This document shows positions 1-10,551 of a DNA stretch of 64,000 nucleotides, piece by piece. The stretch's first letter is position 1, and each line of letters opens with the position of its first letter. The notes under the pieces are model-generated. The model was given only the letters and a program-made list of their open reading frames with translations. It was not told where the DNA came from and did not search any database. The stretch is from NCBI GenBank assembly GCA_934120395.1, contig CAKOTZ010000006.1, forward strand, positions 16,914-80,913, written 5' to 3'. This stretch comes from an uncultured Clostridia bacterium (GTDB lineage Bacteria > Bacillota > Clostridia > TANB77 > CAG-508). The position numbers and the translations under genes are program-made.

Positions 1-132
1 TTGTAACAGGGTCGATGCCAGTTACAGGAATGCCGTTGCCGTTCTTTAGTTACCGGAGGAACAGCGCTAATTATTTTGCTCTGTGGAGTGGGAATACTAT
101 TAAATATATCTCGTCAAAGTTCGAAAGTATAA
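1..132 (+). CDS. FtsW/SpoVE/RodA-family protein, C-terminal fragment; frame switches at C54 (tac|c|gga)
   Basis: Frame 3 reads ...TGMPLPFFSY. After skipping C54, frame 1 reads GGTALIILLCGVGILLNISRQSSKV*. This matches the conserved SEDS C-terminal motif (PLPFxSYGGS). Confidence 0.6.
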
Positions 133-145
133 AAGGAGGAAAAAA

Positions 146-1258
146 ATGCGTGTTATAATAGCAGCAGCTGGAACAGGTGGACATATAAACCCAGGAATAG
201 CTATTGCAAACAAAATAATGCAAGAGGACAATAATTCAAAAGTCATATTTATAGGGACAACTAGAGGTATTGAAAATGATTTAGTACCTAGAGCGGGTTA
301 TGAACTAAAAACAATAGAAGCCTATGGTTTAAGTAAAAAAATAAATTTAGATAGTATAAGAAAAAATATAAAAACAATACAAGCGATTAAAAGTGCAAAA
401 AAAATAATAGATGATTTTAAACCAGATCTTGTAATAGGAACAGGAGGATATATTTGTGGACCTGTTATAATGGCGGCAAAGAAAAGAAAAATTGCAACAA
501 TGCTACATGAAAGCAATGCGTTTCCAGGTCTTGCAGTAAAAATGTTATCAAAAAAAGTAGATACTGTACTGGTAGGGTTTAAAGAAGCAAAAAATTATTT
601 GCCAAAAGCAAAAAAAGTGGTGGTAACAGGAACACCTACAAAAATTAATAAAAAAAATTTGAGCGTAGAAGAAAAGAAATTACAAAAAGAAAGAATAGGA
701 TTAAAAGCAAATTTGCCTACGGTATTGATTTTTGGAGGCAGTCAAGGAGCAAAAAAAATAAATGATGAGGTATTACCAATCATAGAAAACGAAAAAAATG
801 AGAATTATCAAATATTATGGGCACCAGGACAAAAAAATTATGATGAAGTAAAACAAGAATTAGAAGACAAGGCTAAAAATATACAAAATATAAAAAATGC
901 AAAAGTAGTACCATATATTTATAATATGGAGGAAGCGATGAATGTTGCGGACTTACTTGTATGCAGAAGTGGGGCAATTACAATAACTGAAATTGCAAAG
1001 CTAGGAAAGCCAGCTATATTTATACCATTACCTAATGTGAGTCAAAATCATCAAGAAAAAAATGCAAAAGTATTGCAAAAAGTTGGTGCAGCGTATATAA
1101 TATTGAATTCAGATTTAACAGCAGATAAACTACATGAAACTATAGAAGAAGTTATTACAAAGCCAGACAAACTAAATATGATGGGAGAAAATGCACAAAA
1201 AATAGAAGTTACGCATGTTGAAGATAAAATTTATGAGGAAATAAAAAAATTGTTGTAA
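146..1258 (+). CDS. murG: MurG, UDP-GlcNAc:lipid I N-acetylglucosaminyltransferase
   Basis: The N-terminus MRVIIAAAGTGGHINPG is typical of MurG. The length is 370 aa and an RBS (aaaggagg) lies upstream. Confidence 0.93.
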   Translation: MRVIIAAAGTGGHINPGIAIANKIMQEDNNSKVIFIGTTRGIENDLVPRAGYELKTIEAYGLSKKINLDSIRKNIKTIQAIKSAKKIIDDFKPDLVIGTGGYICGPVIMAAKKRKIATMLHESNAFPGLAVKMLSKKVDTVLVGFKEAKNYLPKAKKVVVTGTPTKINKKNLSVEEKKLQKERIGLKANLPTVLIFGGSQGAKKINDEVLPIIENEKNENYQILWAPGQKNYDEVKQELEDKAKNIQNIKNAKVVPYIYNMEEAMNVADLLVCRSGAITITEIAKLGKPAIFIPLPNVSQNHQEKNAKVLQKVGAAYIILNSDLTADKLHETIEEVITKPDKLNMMGENAQKIEVTHVEDKIYEEIKKLL

Positions 1259-1487
1259 GCTATGTTTCTGTAAGTTTACAAAAAATACAAAATAATGACA
1301 TAGTTATTTCTTGAACTTTAAGTTTTTGTTACGTATACTATGAAATTTGTAAATATGGCAGAAAATAAAGTAAAAAATGGCGAAAGAATAAATAAATTGT
1401 TAAAACGTGCGACCAAAATTACTTGCAACCATGCAAAAATAAGGTATATAGTAAACTTAGTAAAAGCAAACAAAAGGGGGAAGTAAT

Positions 1488-1808
1488 TTGGGAGATACAA
1501 AATTTTTATATGGAGAGGTATTTTTAGAAGCAGAAGACTTAAAAGAAAGGAGTACCAAGAATCCAATAGAATTGATGTATTACAAAACACAACAAAGCAG
1601 AAATAGTTTAAACAATCAACCTTATAAAATATTTGGGATAGAAGTAATAAAAAAAGAACGTATAGGAGAGAAAATTCAAATAGAAAGTAGTAAAATAGAA
1701 TATATAAGCAAAAATGAAAAAACAGTAGATAAACTAATGGAACTTCTGAAAAATAATACAGTAACGCCGATTACATTAGAAGACGTAATAGGAGATATAT
1801 TACATTAA
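1488..1808 (+). CDS. hypothetical protein (TTG start)
   Basis: A 106-aa ORF preceded by the RBS aaaggggg, with no recognisable motif. Confidence 0.45.
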   Translation: MGDTKFLYGEVFLEAEDLKERSTKNPIELMYYKTQQSRNSLNNQPYKIFGIEVIKKERIGEKIQIESSKIEYISKNEKTVDKLMELLKNNTVTPITLEDVIGDILH

Positions 1809-1928
1809 CAATAGAAGGGTGAAAAATTTCACTCTTCTATTGTTAACTATTTACAGTTAACAACAATTAGTATATAATTTTTCGTAGACTCTATATAAAG
1901 TGAGTATAATTATTGAAAGGAAGAAAAA

Positions 1929-3974
1929 ATGGTAGATAAATTAATAATAGTGGAATCACCCGCAAAGGCAAATACAATAAAAAAATTTCTCGGTGGAAAA
2001 ACAAAAGTTGTAGCTTCCATGGGACATATTAGAGATTTGCCAAAATCAAAAATGGGAATTGATATGGAAAATAATTTTGAGCCACAATACATTAATATAC
2101 GAGGTAAGGCAAGTTTAATAAAAGAATTAAAAAAAGATGCAAAAAATGCAAAACAAGTCTATCTTGCAACTGACCCCGACCGTGAAGGAGAAGCGATTGC
2201 ATGGCACTTAGCACATATATTAGAAATACCTGAAGATAAAACTTGTAGAGTTACTTTTAATGAAATAACAAAAGAAACTGTACAAAATGCCGTAAAAAAT
2301 CCAAGAAAATTGGATAAAGATTTAGTTAATGCACAGCAAGCTAGAAGAGTTCTAGACCGTATTGTAGGTTATAAAATGAGTCCAGTTTTATGGAAAAAGG
2401 TAAGAAAAGGATTATCAGCAGGAAGAGTACAGTCAGTGGCGGTAAAACTAATTGTTGATAGAGAAGAAGAAATAGAAAAATTTATACCAGAAGAATATTG
2501 GAATATTTATGCAAGACTGTCTAAATTAAATACAAAGAAAAAACAGGAATTTGATGCTCATTTTACAGGAAAAAATGGAAAAAAAATAGAATTAAATTCG
2601 CAAGAACAGGTAGAACAAATTGTAAAGGAAATTGAAAATGCACAATATCAAGTGCAAAAAATAAAAAAGAGTGAGAAAAAAAGAACACCTGCACCGCCTT
2701 TTACAACAAGTACAATGCAACAGGAAGCTTCAAGAAAGCTAGGATTTACGCTTAAGAAAACCATGGCAATAGCCCAAGGATTATATGAAGGTGTTAAGGT
2801 GCCATCAAGAGGCGTAGTAGGACTTATAACCTACATGAGAACTGATTCAACAAGAATATCAGAGGAAGCAAGAAAAGCTGCTAAAATGGAAATTGAGGAA
2901 AGTTATGGTAGCGAATATTATGAGAATAGATATTACAAAACAAAAGCAGATTCACAAGATGCACATGAGGCAATTAGACCAACATATATTGATTTAAAAC
3001 CAGAAAATATTAGAGATTCATTAACAAATGATCAATACAAATTATACAAGTTAGTGTACAATAGATTTTTAGCAAGTCAAATGGCTACTGCAATATTTGA
3101 CACAACGACTATTGATATAAGTGCTAATGAATATAATTTTAGAGCAAATGGACAAACATTAAAGTTTAAGGGCTTTATGGCACTATATGTAGAATCAGAA
3201 GATAATAAAAAAGAAGAAGAGTATTATTCTTTGCCAGAATTAGAAGAAGGAGAAATACTAAAAAAGGAAAACATAGAAAGCAAGCAAAGCTTTACAGAAC
3301 CACCACCACGATATACCGAGGCAAGTCTTGTAAAAGCGTTAGAAGAAAAAGGCATAGGCAGACCAAGTACGTATTCACCAACAATTACAACAATAATAGA
3401 AAGACATTATATTGAAAAAGATAAAAAGCAATTAGCTCCAACAGAGCTAGGAAAAGTGGTAAATAAGTTATTAACAGAAAACTTTAAAGACGTTGTAAAT
3501 GTTGAATTTACTGCTAAAATGGAAAGTCAATTTGATGAAATTGCAGAAGGAAAAGAAGATTGGAAAAAGGTAATTGAAGAATTTTATGGACCATTTGAAC
3601 TTGTTGTAGAAAAGGTTGATAAAGAATTAGAACATGTAAAACTAGAAGAAGAAGTAAGCGACATACCATGTGAAAAATGTGGAAGAATGATGGTAATTAA
3701 GTATGGTAGATATGGAAAATTTTTAGCATGTCCAGGATATCCAGAATGTAAAAATGCAAAACCATTAGTTGAAATAATTGATGTACCATGTCCGAAATGT
3801 GGAGCAAAAGTGCAAATAAGGAAAACTAGAAAAAAAAGAAATTATTACATATGTGAAAATAATCCAAAAAGTTGTGATTACATTTCTTGGAATAAGCCGA
3901 AGCCAGGGGAAAAATACGAAGAGGATAGCGAAAAGCCAAAATTAGAACAAAAAAACAAGAAAACAAAAAAATAA
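1929..3974 (+). CDS. topA: DNA topoisomerase I (type IA) with C-terminal Zn-ribbon repeats
   Basis: A Toprim N-terminus (IIVESPAKANTIKKFLG), the DPDREGE motif and C-terminal CxxC...CxxC pairs identify it. Confidence 0.95.
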   Translation: MVDKLIIVESPAKANTIKKFLGGKTKVVASMGHIRDLPKSKMGIDMENNFEPQYINIRGKASLIKELKKDAKNAKQVYLATDPDREGEAIAWHLAHILEIPEDKTCRVTFNEITKETVQNAVKNPRKLDKDLVNAQQARRVLDRIVGYKMSPVLWKKVRKGLSAGRVQSVAVKLIVDREEEIEKFIPEEYWNIYARLSKLNTKKKQEFDAHFTGKNGKKIELNSQEQVEQIVKEIENAQYQVQKIKKSEKKRTPAPPFTTSTMQQEASRKLGFTLKKTMAIAQGLYEGVKVPSRGVVGLITYMRTDSTRISEEARKAAKMEIEESYGSEYYENRYYKTKADSQDAHEAIRPTYIDLKPENIRDSLTNDQYKLYKLVYNRFLASQMATAIFDTTTIDISANEYNFRANGQTLKFKGFMALYVESEDNKKEEEYYSLPELEEGEILKKENIESKQSFTEPPPRYTEASLVKALEEKGIGRPSTYSPTITTIIERHYIEKDKKQLAPTELGKVVNKLLTENFKDVVNVEFTAKMESQFDEIAEGKEDWKKVIEEFYGPFELVVEKVDKELEHVKLEEEVSDIPCEKCGRMMVIKYGRYGKFLACPGYPECKNAKPLVEIIDVPCPKCGAKVQIRKTRKKRNYYICENNPKSCDYISWNKPKPGEKYEEDSEKPKLEQKNKKTKK

Positions 3975-4083
3975 TCAAAAATATAATAAAAATGTGAATA
4001 TAGACTTTTCTTACTGAAATGGTAGAATGAAGACACTATAATAGTTATTCTATACTATGTAGTTACATGATATTATATTTTCC

Positions 4084-4112
4084 AAAAAACCACGTGTAAA
4101 CGTGGTTTTTTT
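4084..4112. terminator. rho-independent terminator after topA (palindromic, bidirectional)
   Basis: aaaaaaccacgtgtaaacgtggttttttt. Confidence 0.6.
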
Positions 4113-4171
4113 GGAAAATATAATGCTACTGCATAAAAAATATGTTATACTAAAACAAAAAAGGAGGACTT

Positions 4172-5474
4172 ATGGAACAAGAAGTAACAATTATAGGCGG
4201 TGGTTTAGCTGGATGTGAAGCAGCATATCAAATTGCCAAAAGAGGAATAAAGGTAAAATTGTATGAAAGAAAACCAAAAAGTTTTTCACCAGCACATAGT
4301 AATCCAAATTTAGCAGAAATTGTATGTAGTAACTCTTTTAAATCCAATTTAATAACAAATGCATGTGGTTTATTAAAAGAGGAATTACGAAACTTGGATT
4401 CACTATTAATAAAAATAGCAGACAAAACAGCTGTACCAGCAGGGCAAGCGCTGGCTGTAGATAGGGAACAGTTTTCAAAAGAAGTAACAGATTATATAAA
4501 ACAACATTCAAATATAGAAGTAATTGAAAATGAAGTAGCAGATATTCCAGATAAAGGAATAGTAATAATTGCAACAGGTCCTTTAACATCGAATCATTTA
4601 GCAGAAGGAATATCAAAATTAACAGGAGAAGATAAATTATATTTTTATGATGCTGCAGCACCTATAGTACAAAAAGAGAGCTTAGATATGAATATAGCAT
4701 TTTGGGGAGATAGATATGGAAAAGGAGATAGTAGCTATATTAATTTGCCAATGAATAAAGAAGAATATGAAAAATTTTATGAAGAATTAGTTAATGCAGA
4801 AGTAGTAAATTTACATGAATTTGAAAAAAAAGAGATATTTGAAGGTTGTATGCCAATAGAAATAATGGCAAAAAGAGGAGTTGATACGTTGCGTTTTGGT
4901 CCATTAAAACCAGTTGGATTTACGGATCCAAGAACAGGGGAAAGACCATATGCAATAGTACAATTAAGACAAGATAATCAAGCAGGAAGTCTATTTAATA
5001 TGGTTGGATTTCAGACAAATTTAAAATATGGAGAACAAAAACGAGTGTTTTCACTTATACCGGGATTAGCAAATGCTGAATTTATAAAATATGGTGTAAT
5101 GCACCGTAATACATACATAAATTCAGGTAATTTATTAGATAGTAGTTATTGTTTAAAAAATGATAGACGAATATACTTTGCTGGTCAAATAAGTGGAGTA
5201 GAAGGTTACGTAGAATCAATATCATCTGGTTTAGTTGCAGGAATAAATATTGCAAGAAATATAGAAGGAAAAGAAACAATATATTTTCCAAAAAATACGA
5301 TGATAGGAAGTTTAGCAAACTACATTTCAACACCAAAAAACAATTTTCAACCAATGAATGCCAATTTTGGAATATTACCACAATTAAATGAAAAAATAAG
5401 GGATAAAAAAATAAAATACGAAAAATTAGCTCGGACGAGCCCTAGAAGAATTAAGAAGTATAAAAGAAATTTAA
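4172..5474 (+). CDS. trmFO: TrmFO (Gid), folate-dependent tRNA (m5U54) methyltransferase; probable +1 frame change at C5432
   Basis: An FAD-binding N-terminus ([14 protein letters not shown]) identifies the protein. The in-frame ORF would run to 5506. Skipping C5432 (gct|c|gga) gives ...[16 protein letters not shown], a TrmFO-like C-terminus of about 434 aa. Confidence 0.85.
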
Positions 5475-5566
5475 TTGACAAGATGACTATAAGTGTTGTA
5501 CAATAGAAACAGAAAAATGTAGCATTGAAAGACTTCAAGAAAAAGGACAGCAAAGGAGTGAGAAAA

Positions 5567-5893
5567 ATGAAAAAGCGGATTATTGCATTAATGGTAATAT
5601 CGCTAACGTTAGTAGTATTGCCAAGCACAAGAACATTTGCAAAATCGGACAATTTGTATCTACCACAAAATAGTATACAAATAGTAGAACTTTCAAGGCA
5701 TGGGCGAGACCATGGAGACAGATGGAGAAATCCACCGCCTCCAAGACACAGAGGACCAGACAGGCATATTCGGTCGGGGCATAGACCACCACCGCCACCA
5801 CCTCCACCTCCAAGATATAGACATAGAGATAGAGATAACAGTGCAATTTGGTGGTGGATAATAAATTCGATTATAATTGCAAATACAAGATGA
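5567..5893 (+). CDS. hypothetical small secreted Pro/Arg/His-rich protein (GC-rich island)
   Basis: An RBS (aaaggagtg) and a signal-peptide-like MKKRIIALMVISLTLVVLPSTRTFA precede RHGRDHGDRW, a 9-residue proline run and RYRHRDRD. A terminator follows. This is the only frame with a signal peptide. Confidence 0.35.
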   Translation: MKKRIIALMVISLTLVVLPSTRTFAKSDNLYLPQNSIQIVELSRHGRDHGDRWRNPPPPRHRGPDRHIRSGHRPPPPPPPPPRYRHRDRDNSAIWWWIINSIIIANTR

Positions 5894-5910
5894 AACAATT
5901 AATCTGCTTT

Positions 5911-5935
5911 TGGGCACCAATTGGTGCCCTTTTTC
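5911..5935 (+). terminator. rho-independent terminator
   Basis: The hairpin gggcaccaattggtgccc is followed by ttttt. Confidence 0.55.
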
Positions 5936-5957
5936 CTTAAATAAGTAAAAACAGGTA

Positions 5958-5987
5958 TTGACAAAACAAATAACAATGCGATATAAT
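5958..5987 (+). promoter_or_regulatory. sigma-A-type promoter upstream of rpsU
   Basis: A ttgaca -35 element, an 18-nt spacer and a tataat -10 element. Confidence 0.45.
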
Positions 5988-6085
5988 AAGGCATATTCAC
6001 GGGATAGATAAATACATAAAAAGTAATTCCCTAGAAAAATTTAGTCCCACAGTATGAGTTCAAACTTCGGAAGGAGGGAAAATAA

Positions 6086-6256
6086 TTGTCAGAGGTTAAA
6101 GTTAATAATGGAAATATAGAAGATGCTCTTAAGAGATTTAAAAGACAATGCGCAAGAAATGGAGTTCTACAAGAAGTAAGAAAAAGAGAGCATTATGAAA
6201 AACCAAGTGTAAAAAGAAAGAAAAAATCAGAGGCTGCAAGAAAAAGAAAATTCTAA
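6086..6256 (+). CDS. rpsU: 30S ribosomal protein S21 (TTG start)
   Basis: The protein [56 protein letters not shown] has an RBS (ggaaggaggg). At 56 aa it is below the ORF-track cutoff. Confidence 0.9.
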   Translation: MSEVKVNNGNIEDALKRFKRQCARNGVLQEVRKREHYEKPSVKRKKKSEAARKRKF

Positions 6257-6263
6257 AAAAGAA

Positions 6264-6297
6264 GGAGGGGGTGTATATTTATACACCTCTATTTTTA
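6264..6297 (+). terminator. terminator/attenuator between rpsU and yqeY
   Basis: The hairpin ggggtgtata/tatacacctc is followed by a T-run. Confidence 0.45.
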
Positions 6298-6322
6298 TAA
6301 TAAAAGAAAGGAAATGATTAAT

Positions 6323-6763
6323 ATGTTAAAGGAAAAATTATTAGAAGATTTAAAAAATTCTATGAAGAATAAAAATATTATTAGAAAAAATGTAGTACAA
6401 ATGATTAGAGCAGCTATATTGCAGGTAGAAAAAGACAAGGGAATAGAAGTAACTGATGAACAAATAATAGAAATTATGGCAAAAGAAGCTAAAAAAAGAA
6501 AAGATTCAATAGAGGATTATAAAAAAGGTGGAAGAGAAGATTTAGTAAAACAAATAGAAGAGGAAATTGCAATAATAAGCGAATATTTACCAAAACAATT
6601 AAGTAAAGAAGAAGTAGCAGAAATTGTAAAGCAAGTTATAGCAGAGGTTGGAGCAACTAGCATAAAAGATATGGGAAAAGTAATGAAATCAGCAAAAGAA
6701 AAAATAGGAGCAGCATCAGATGGAAAAACAATTAATGAAGTGGTAAAAGAACAATTAAACTAG
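6323..6763 (+). CDS. yqeY: GatB/YqeY domain protein
   Basis: rpsU-yqeY synteny as in Bacillus, with Lys/Glu-rich YqeY-like sequence. The ATG at 6323 has better RBS spacing than the track start at 6314. Confidence 0.8.
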   Translation: MLKEKLLEDLKNSMKNKNIIRKNVVQMIRAAILQVEKDKGIEVTDEQIIEIMAKEAKKRKDSIEDYKKGGREDLVKQIEEEIAIISEYLPKQLSKEEVAEIVKQVIAEVGATSIKDMGKVMKSAKEKIGAASDGKTINEVVKEQLN

Positions 6764-6828
6764 GAAGTTTTAATTTGAATAAAAAAGTAAGCATAAGGAT
6801 ATAATAGAAAAAAACGTAGGAGGAAAAC

Positions 6829-8103
6829 ATGAAAGAACAAGTAAGCCAAGTAAAAGAAGGCATAAAATTGCATGTAATACCAACTGATAAATTCAAAACG
6901 AATTTATTAGCGGTGTTTATAACTCTTCCATTAAATAGAGAAAAAGTAACAAAGGATGCTTTAATACCAGCAGTTTTAAGGAGGGGGAGCAAAAAGCTCA
7001 CAACTCAAGAAGAAATAAGTAAGTGCTTAGAAAATATGTATGGAGCAAGTTTTGATTGTGGAGTAGAAAAAATAGGGGATAACCATGTATTAAAATTTTA
7101 TTTAGAAGCATTAAACGATACTTATATTCCTAAATGCGAAAATTTAATAAAAACAAGTATAGATACTATGCTTGAAATTATATTTAACCCATATCAAGAA
7201 AATGGGAAATTTAAGGAAGAATACGTAAAAAGTGAAAAGACAAATTTAAAGCAAATTATAGAAGCTAAAATTGATAATAAAGATTTTTATGCAAGTGTGC
7301 GTTGCACAGAAGAAATGTATAAAGGAAAGCCATATAGTTTATACAAATATGGATATGTAGAAGATTTAGAGAAAATTACTGCAGATAATTTATATAAGTA
7401 TTATCAAGAGCTAATAGAAACATCTAAAATTGATATATTTGTATCTGGAAATTTTGAAGTAGAAAATATAAAAAGAATTGTAAAAGAAAATGAAAATATA
7501 ATGAATATAGGTGCTAGGAAGGAAGAATATTGCATAAATAATGAAAAAGTAGAAGATTTAAAAGAAATCACAACACAAGTAGTAGAAGAAAAAATGGATA
7601 TAGCACAAGGAAAAATAGTAATGGGTATAGATGTATTAGCAACGGATTTAGAAAGTAGATTTACAGCAGTACTTTACAATACCATATTGGGTGATAGTGC
7701 AAATTCGAAGTTGTTTCAAAATGTTAGAGAAAAAGCACACTTAGCTTATAGTGCAAGGTCAAGCTATATAAAAAACAAAAATGCAATATTTATACGAGCT
7801 GGCATAGAAATAGAAAATTATGAAAAAGCAATAAGCATAATAAAAGAACAATTAGAAGATATGAAAAAAGGAAATTTTAGTCAAGAAGATATAGATAATG
7901 CAAAAAAATATATAATTTCAGCAGTTGATTCAATTCCTGAAGAACAAGACACTGAAATAACATATTATCTTGGACAGGAATTATCGGCATCTTCCTATAC
8001 ACCAGAAGAATATAAGCAAAAAATAGAAGCTGTAGATAAAGAAAAAATTGTGAAATTTGCACAAAAAATTTCTATTAATACTATATTTTTCTTAAGAAAT
8101 TAG
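6829..8103 (+). CDS. M16-family peptidase-like protein (non-catalytic partner, no HxxEH)
   Basis: Its length of 424 aa and its pairing with an adjacent M16 peptidase mirror the ymfF/ymfH arrangement. Confidence 0.8.
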   Translation: MKEQVSQVKEGIKLHVIPTDKFKTNLLAVFITLPLNREKVTKDALIPAVLRRGSKKLTTQEEISKCLENMYGASFDCGVEKIGDNHVLKFYLEALNDTYIPKCENLIKTSIDTMLEIIFNPYQENGKFKEEYVKSEKTNLKQIIEAKIDNKDFYASVRCTEEMYKGKPYSLYKYGYVEDLEKITADNLYKYYQELIETSKIDIFVSGNFEVENIKRIVKENENIMNIGARKEEYCINNEKVEDLKEITTQVVEEKMDIAQGKIVMGIDVLATDLESRFTAVLYNTILGDSANSKLFQNVREKAHLAYSARSSYIKNKNAIFIRAGIEIENYEKAISIIKEQLEDMKKGNFSQEDIDNAKKYIISAVDSIPEEQDTEITYYLGQELSASSYTPEEYKQKIEAVDKEKIVKFAQKISINTIFFLRN

Positions 8104-8113
8104 GGAGGGAAAA

Positions 8114-9388
8114 ATGCAAATTATTGAAAATACTAAGGTAAAAGAAAAATTATATATTGAAAAGCTAGAAAATGGTTTAACGGTAATGATAATACCCAAA
8201 AAAGGGGTGCGAAAAAAATATGCAATTTGGGGAACCTATTATGGTTCAATTAATAACCGTTTTGTAATACCAGGAGAAACAGAAATTACAGAGGTACCAG
8301 ATGGAGTAGCTCATTTTTTAGAGCATAAAATGTTTGAACAAGAAAATGGAAAAAATAGTTTAGATGTTTTATCTGCATTAGGGGTGAGTGCAAATGCATA
8401 TACTACAAATGATCATACAGCATATTTATTTGAATGCACAGATAATTTCACTCCAGCATTTGAAGAATTAGCAAATTATATACAACATCCATACTTTACA
8501 GATGAGAATGTAGAAAAAGAAAAGGGAATTATAGGACAAGAAATTAGTATGTACGACGATTCTCCATATTGGAGTATGTATATAAATGCCTTAAAAGCAA
8601 TGTATAGCAACAATCCTGTGAAGATAGATATAGCAGGAACGCAAGAAACAATTAGCAAAATTGATAAAGATATTTTATACAAATGTTATAACACATTTTA
8701 TCATCCGAGCAATATGGCATTAGTTTTATGTGGTGATTTTGAACCAGAAAAGTGCATAAAGGAGATTGAAAAAAAACAAGTAGCAAAAAAATCACAGGGG
8801 AAAATAAAGAGAGTTTTTGATGAAGAACCAGCAGAAATTGTAAAAAAACAAGTACGAACACAGATGGAAGTAAGCTTGCCAATGTTTGTTATAGGATATA
8901 AAGATACTCCAAAATCTGATGGAATAGTAAAAAAACATATAGCAATAGAAATTTTATTTAATTTAATATTTGGAAAAAGTTCGAGATTATACAAAGAGCT
9001 ATATGAAAAAGGTTTATTAATGCAAGAAATGGATATGAGTTATGAATATTCAAAAAATTATGCATATATCTTAATAGATGGTCAGTCACAAGAACCAGAA
9101 AAGGTCCAAGAAAAGTTAAACAAGGAAATAGAAAAAATAAAACAAGAAGGTATAAATCAGGAAGATTTTGAAAGAATTAAAAGAATGATTTATGGAGAAT
9201 ATATTCAAGAATATAATGAAGTAGGAAGCATTGCAAGGATGTTTTTAGCAGATTACTTTAAGGGAATAAATAGTTTTGATTATTTAGAAGAAATTGAGCA
9301 AATAACAAGGGAATATGCTGAGCAAATACTAAAAGACGTATTTGTGGAAAGTAAGCAAGTAATTTCTATTGTAGAACCAAAGGGGTAA
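8114..9388 (+). CDS. M16-family zinc peptidase (insulinase-like)
   Basis: It carries the inverted zinc motif HFLEH (HxxEH). Confidence 0.85.
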   Translation: MQIIENTKVKEKLYIEKLENGLTVMIIPKKGVRKKYAIWGTYYGSINNRFVIPGETEITEVPDGVAHFLEHKMFEQENGKNSLDVLSALGVSANAYTTNDHTAYLFECTDNFTPAFEELANYIQHPYFTDENVEKEKGIIGQEISMYDDSPYWSMYINALKAMYSNNPVKIDIAGTQETISKIDKDILYKCYNTFYHPSNMALVLCGDFEPEKCIKEIEKKQVAKKSQGKIKRVFDEEPAEIVKKQVRTQMEVSLPMFVIGYKDTPKSDGIVKKHIAIEILFNLIFGKSSRLYKELYEKGLLMQEMDMSYEYSKNYAYILIDGQSQEPEKVQEKLNKEIEKIKQEGINQEDFERIKRMIYGEYIQEYNEVGSIARMFLADYFKGINSFDYLEEIEQITREYAEQILKDVFVESKQVISIVEPKG

Positions 9389-9390
9389 AA

Positions 9391-10193
9391 ATGATAACAT
9401 TTCCTAGCTTAAACATAGAATTAAATATAAATTCTGTAGCCTTCACGATAGGAAATATCGAAGTATACTGGTATGCAATTATTATTGTAACAGCAATAGT
9501 AATTGCTATGCGGAATAATGAAAATAAATGATAATATATTTGGAATTAGATTTTGTACAATGATAGACTTAGCAATTTATCTAATTCCAATTTCATTTAT
9601 AGGAGCAAGAATTTATTATATATTATTTAACTTTAAAGCATTTGCAATGGATCCAATGCAAATATTTAATCTGAGAAATCGGAGGATTAGCAATATATGG
9701 TGCGATTATAGCTGGAACAATAACCTGTATAGTTTTTTGTAAAAAAAGAAAAATAAAAACATTAGATTTATTAGATTATTTGGCACCAAGTTTAGCTATA
9801 GGACAATCTATAGGAAGATGGGGTAATTTTATAAACCAAGAAGCATATGGAGCAGAAACAAGCAATTTCATGCGAATGGGGCTAATAGAAAACGGAAACT
9901 ATATTGAAGTACATCCGACATTTTTTTATGAATCAATGGCAACCTTAATAATATTTATATTTTTATTTGTGTTATCTAAAAAGAGAAAGTATGGTGGCGA
10001 GGTAACATATATGTATTTTATATTATATTCTTTGTCAAGATTTTTTATAGAAGGGATAAGAATCGACAGTTTAATGTTTTACCAATTTAGAATATCACAA
10101 TTAATTTCGATAGTGTTATTTATAATATTTACTAGTATTTTGCTATACAGTGAAAAGAAAAGTCAAAAAAGAGAAAATAATGTCGAAAAATAG
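9391..10193 (+). CDS. lgt: prolipoprotein diacylglyceryl transferase, read across two +1 sites (C9511, C9680)
   Basis: Three ORF-track pieces in different frames join at atg|c|gga and aat|c|gga. Together they give DLAIYLIPISFIGARIYY...IFNLRNGGLAIYGAIIAG...LAPSLAIGQSIGRWGNFINQEAYG, which contains the Lgt signature motifs. Confidence 0.85.
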
Positions 10194-10226
10194 CGAGCGA
10201 AAGATACAGGAAAAGTTGTATTTTTG

Positions 10227-10255
10227 TTGAAATCAATGTAAAAATATGGTATCAT
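10227..10255 (+). promoter_or_regulatory. extended -10 promoter upstream of the spo0E-like gene
   Basis: ttgaaa, a 17-nt spacer, then TGgtatcat. Confidence 0.4.
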
Positions 10256-10296
10256 AGAAACATGAAAATAACTTTTAGAATAGGAGTGTGGTATAT

Positions 10297-10479
10297 ATGA
10301 TAAATGATAAAATTTGTGCATTAAGAGAAAAATTAAATAAGAGCATAATAGATGGAGAAGATTATGAAATTATATACAAAATAAGCACTGAATTGGATGA
10401 CCTAATCGCAAGTTATTATAGGCAAGAAAAGGATGAAAAAGACATGAATCAAAACCAAAGCAAGGTAATAATATATTAA
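10297..10479 (+). CDS. Spo0E-family aspartyl-phosphate phosphatase-like sporulation regulator
   Basis: A protein of about 60 aa reading IxxLRxxL...ELDxLIxxYYR. A terminator hairpin follows. Confidence 0.55.
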   Translation: MINDKICALREKLNKSIIDGEDYEIIYKISTELDDLIASYYRQEKDEKDMNQNQSKVIIY

Positions 10480-10551
10480 TTCCATTAAATTAAGGAAAAA
10501 AGCAACCCTATTTAGAGTTGCTTTTCTTAAGGAGAATAGAGTTCTGATAAA

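Noticed and set aside
322-516. A small ORF antisense to murG
   Set aside because: It is fully contained within a highly conserved gene, has no RBS, and is hydrophobic only through the reverse-complement composition.
5347-5920. Three overlapping minus-strand ORFs (poly-Gly and others) and an alternative plus-strand frame across the GC-rich island
   Set aside because: They are open only because the GC-rich segment lacks AT-rich stop codons. None has an RBS or signal peptide. The plus-strand frame with RBS, signal peptide and terminator is the only plausible coding frame.
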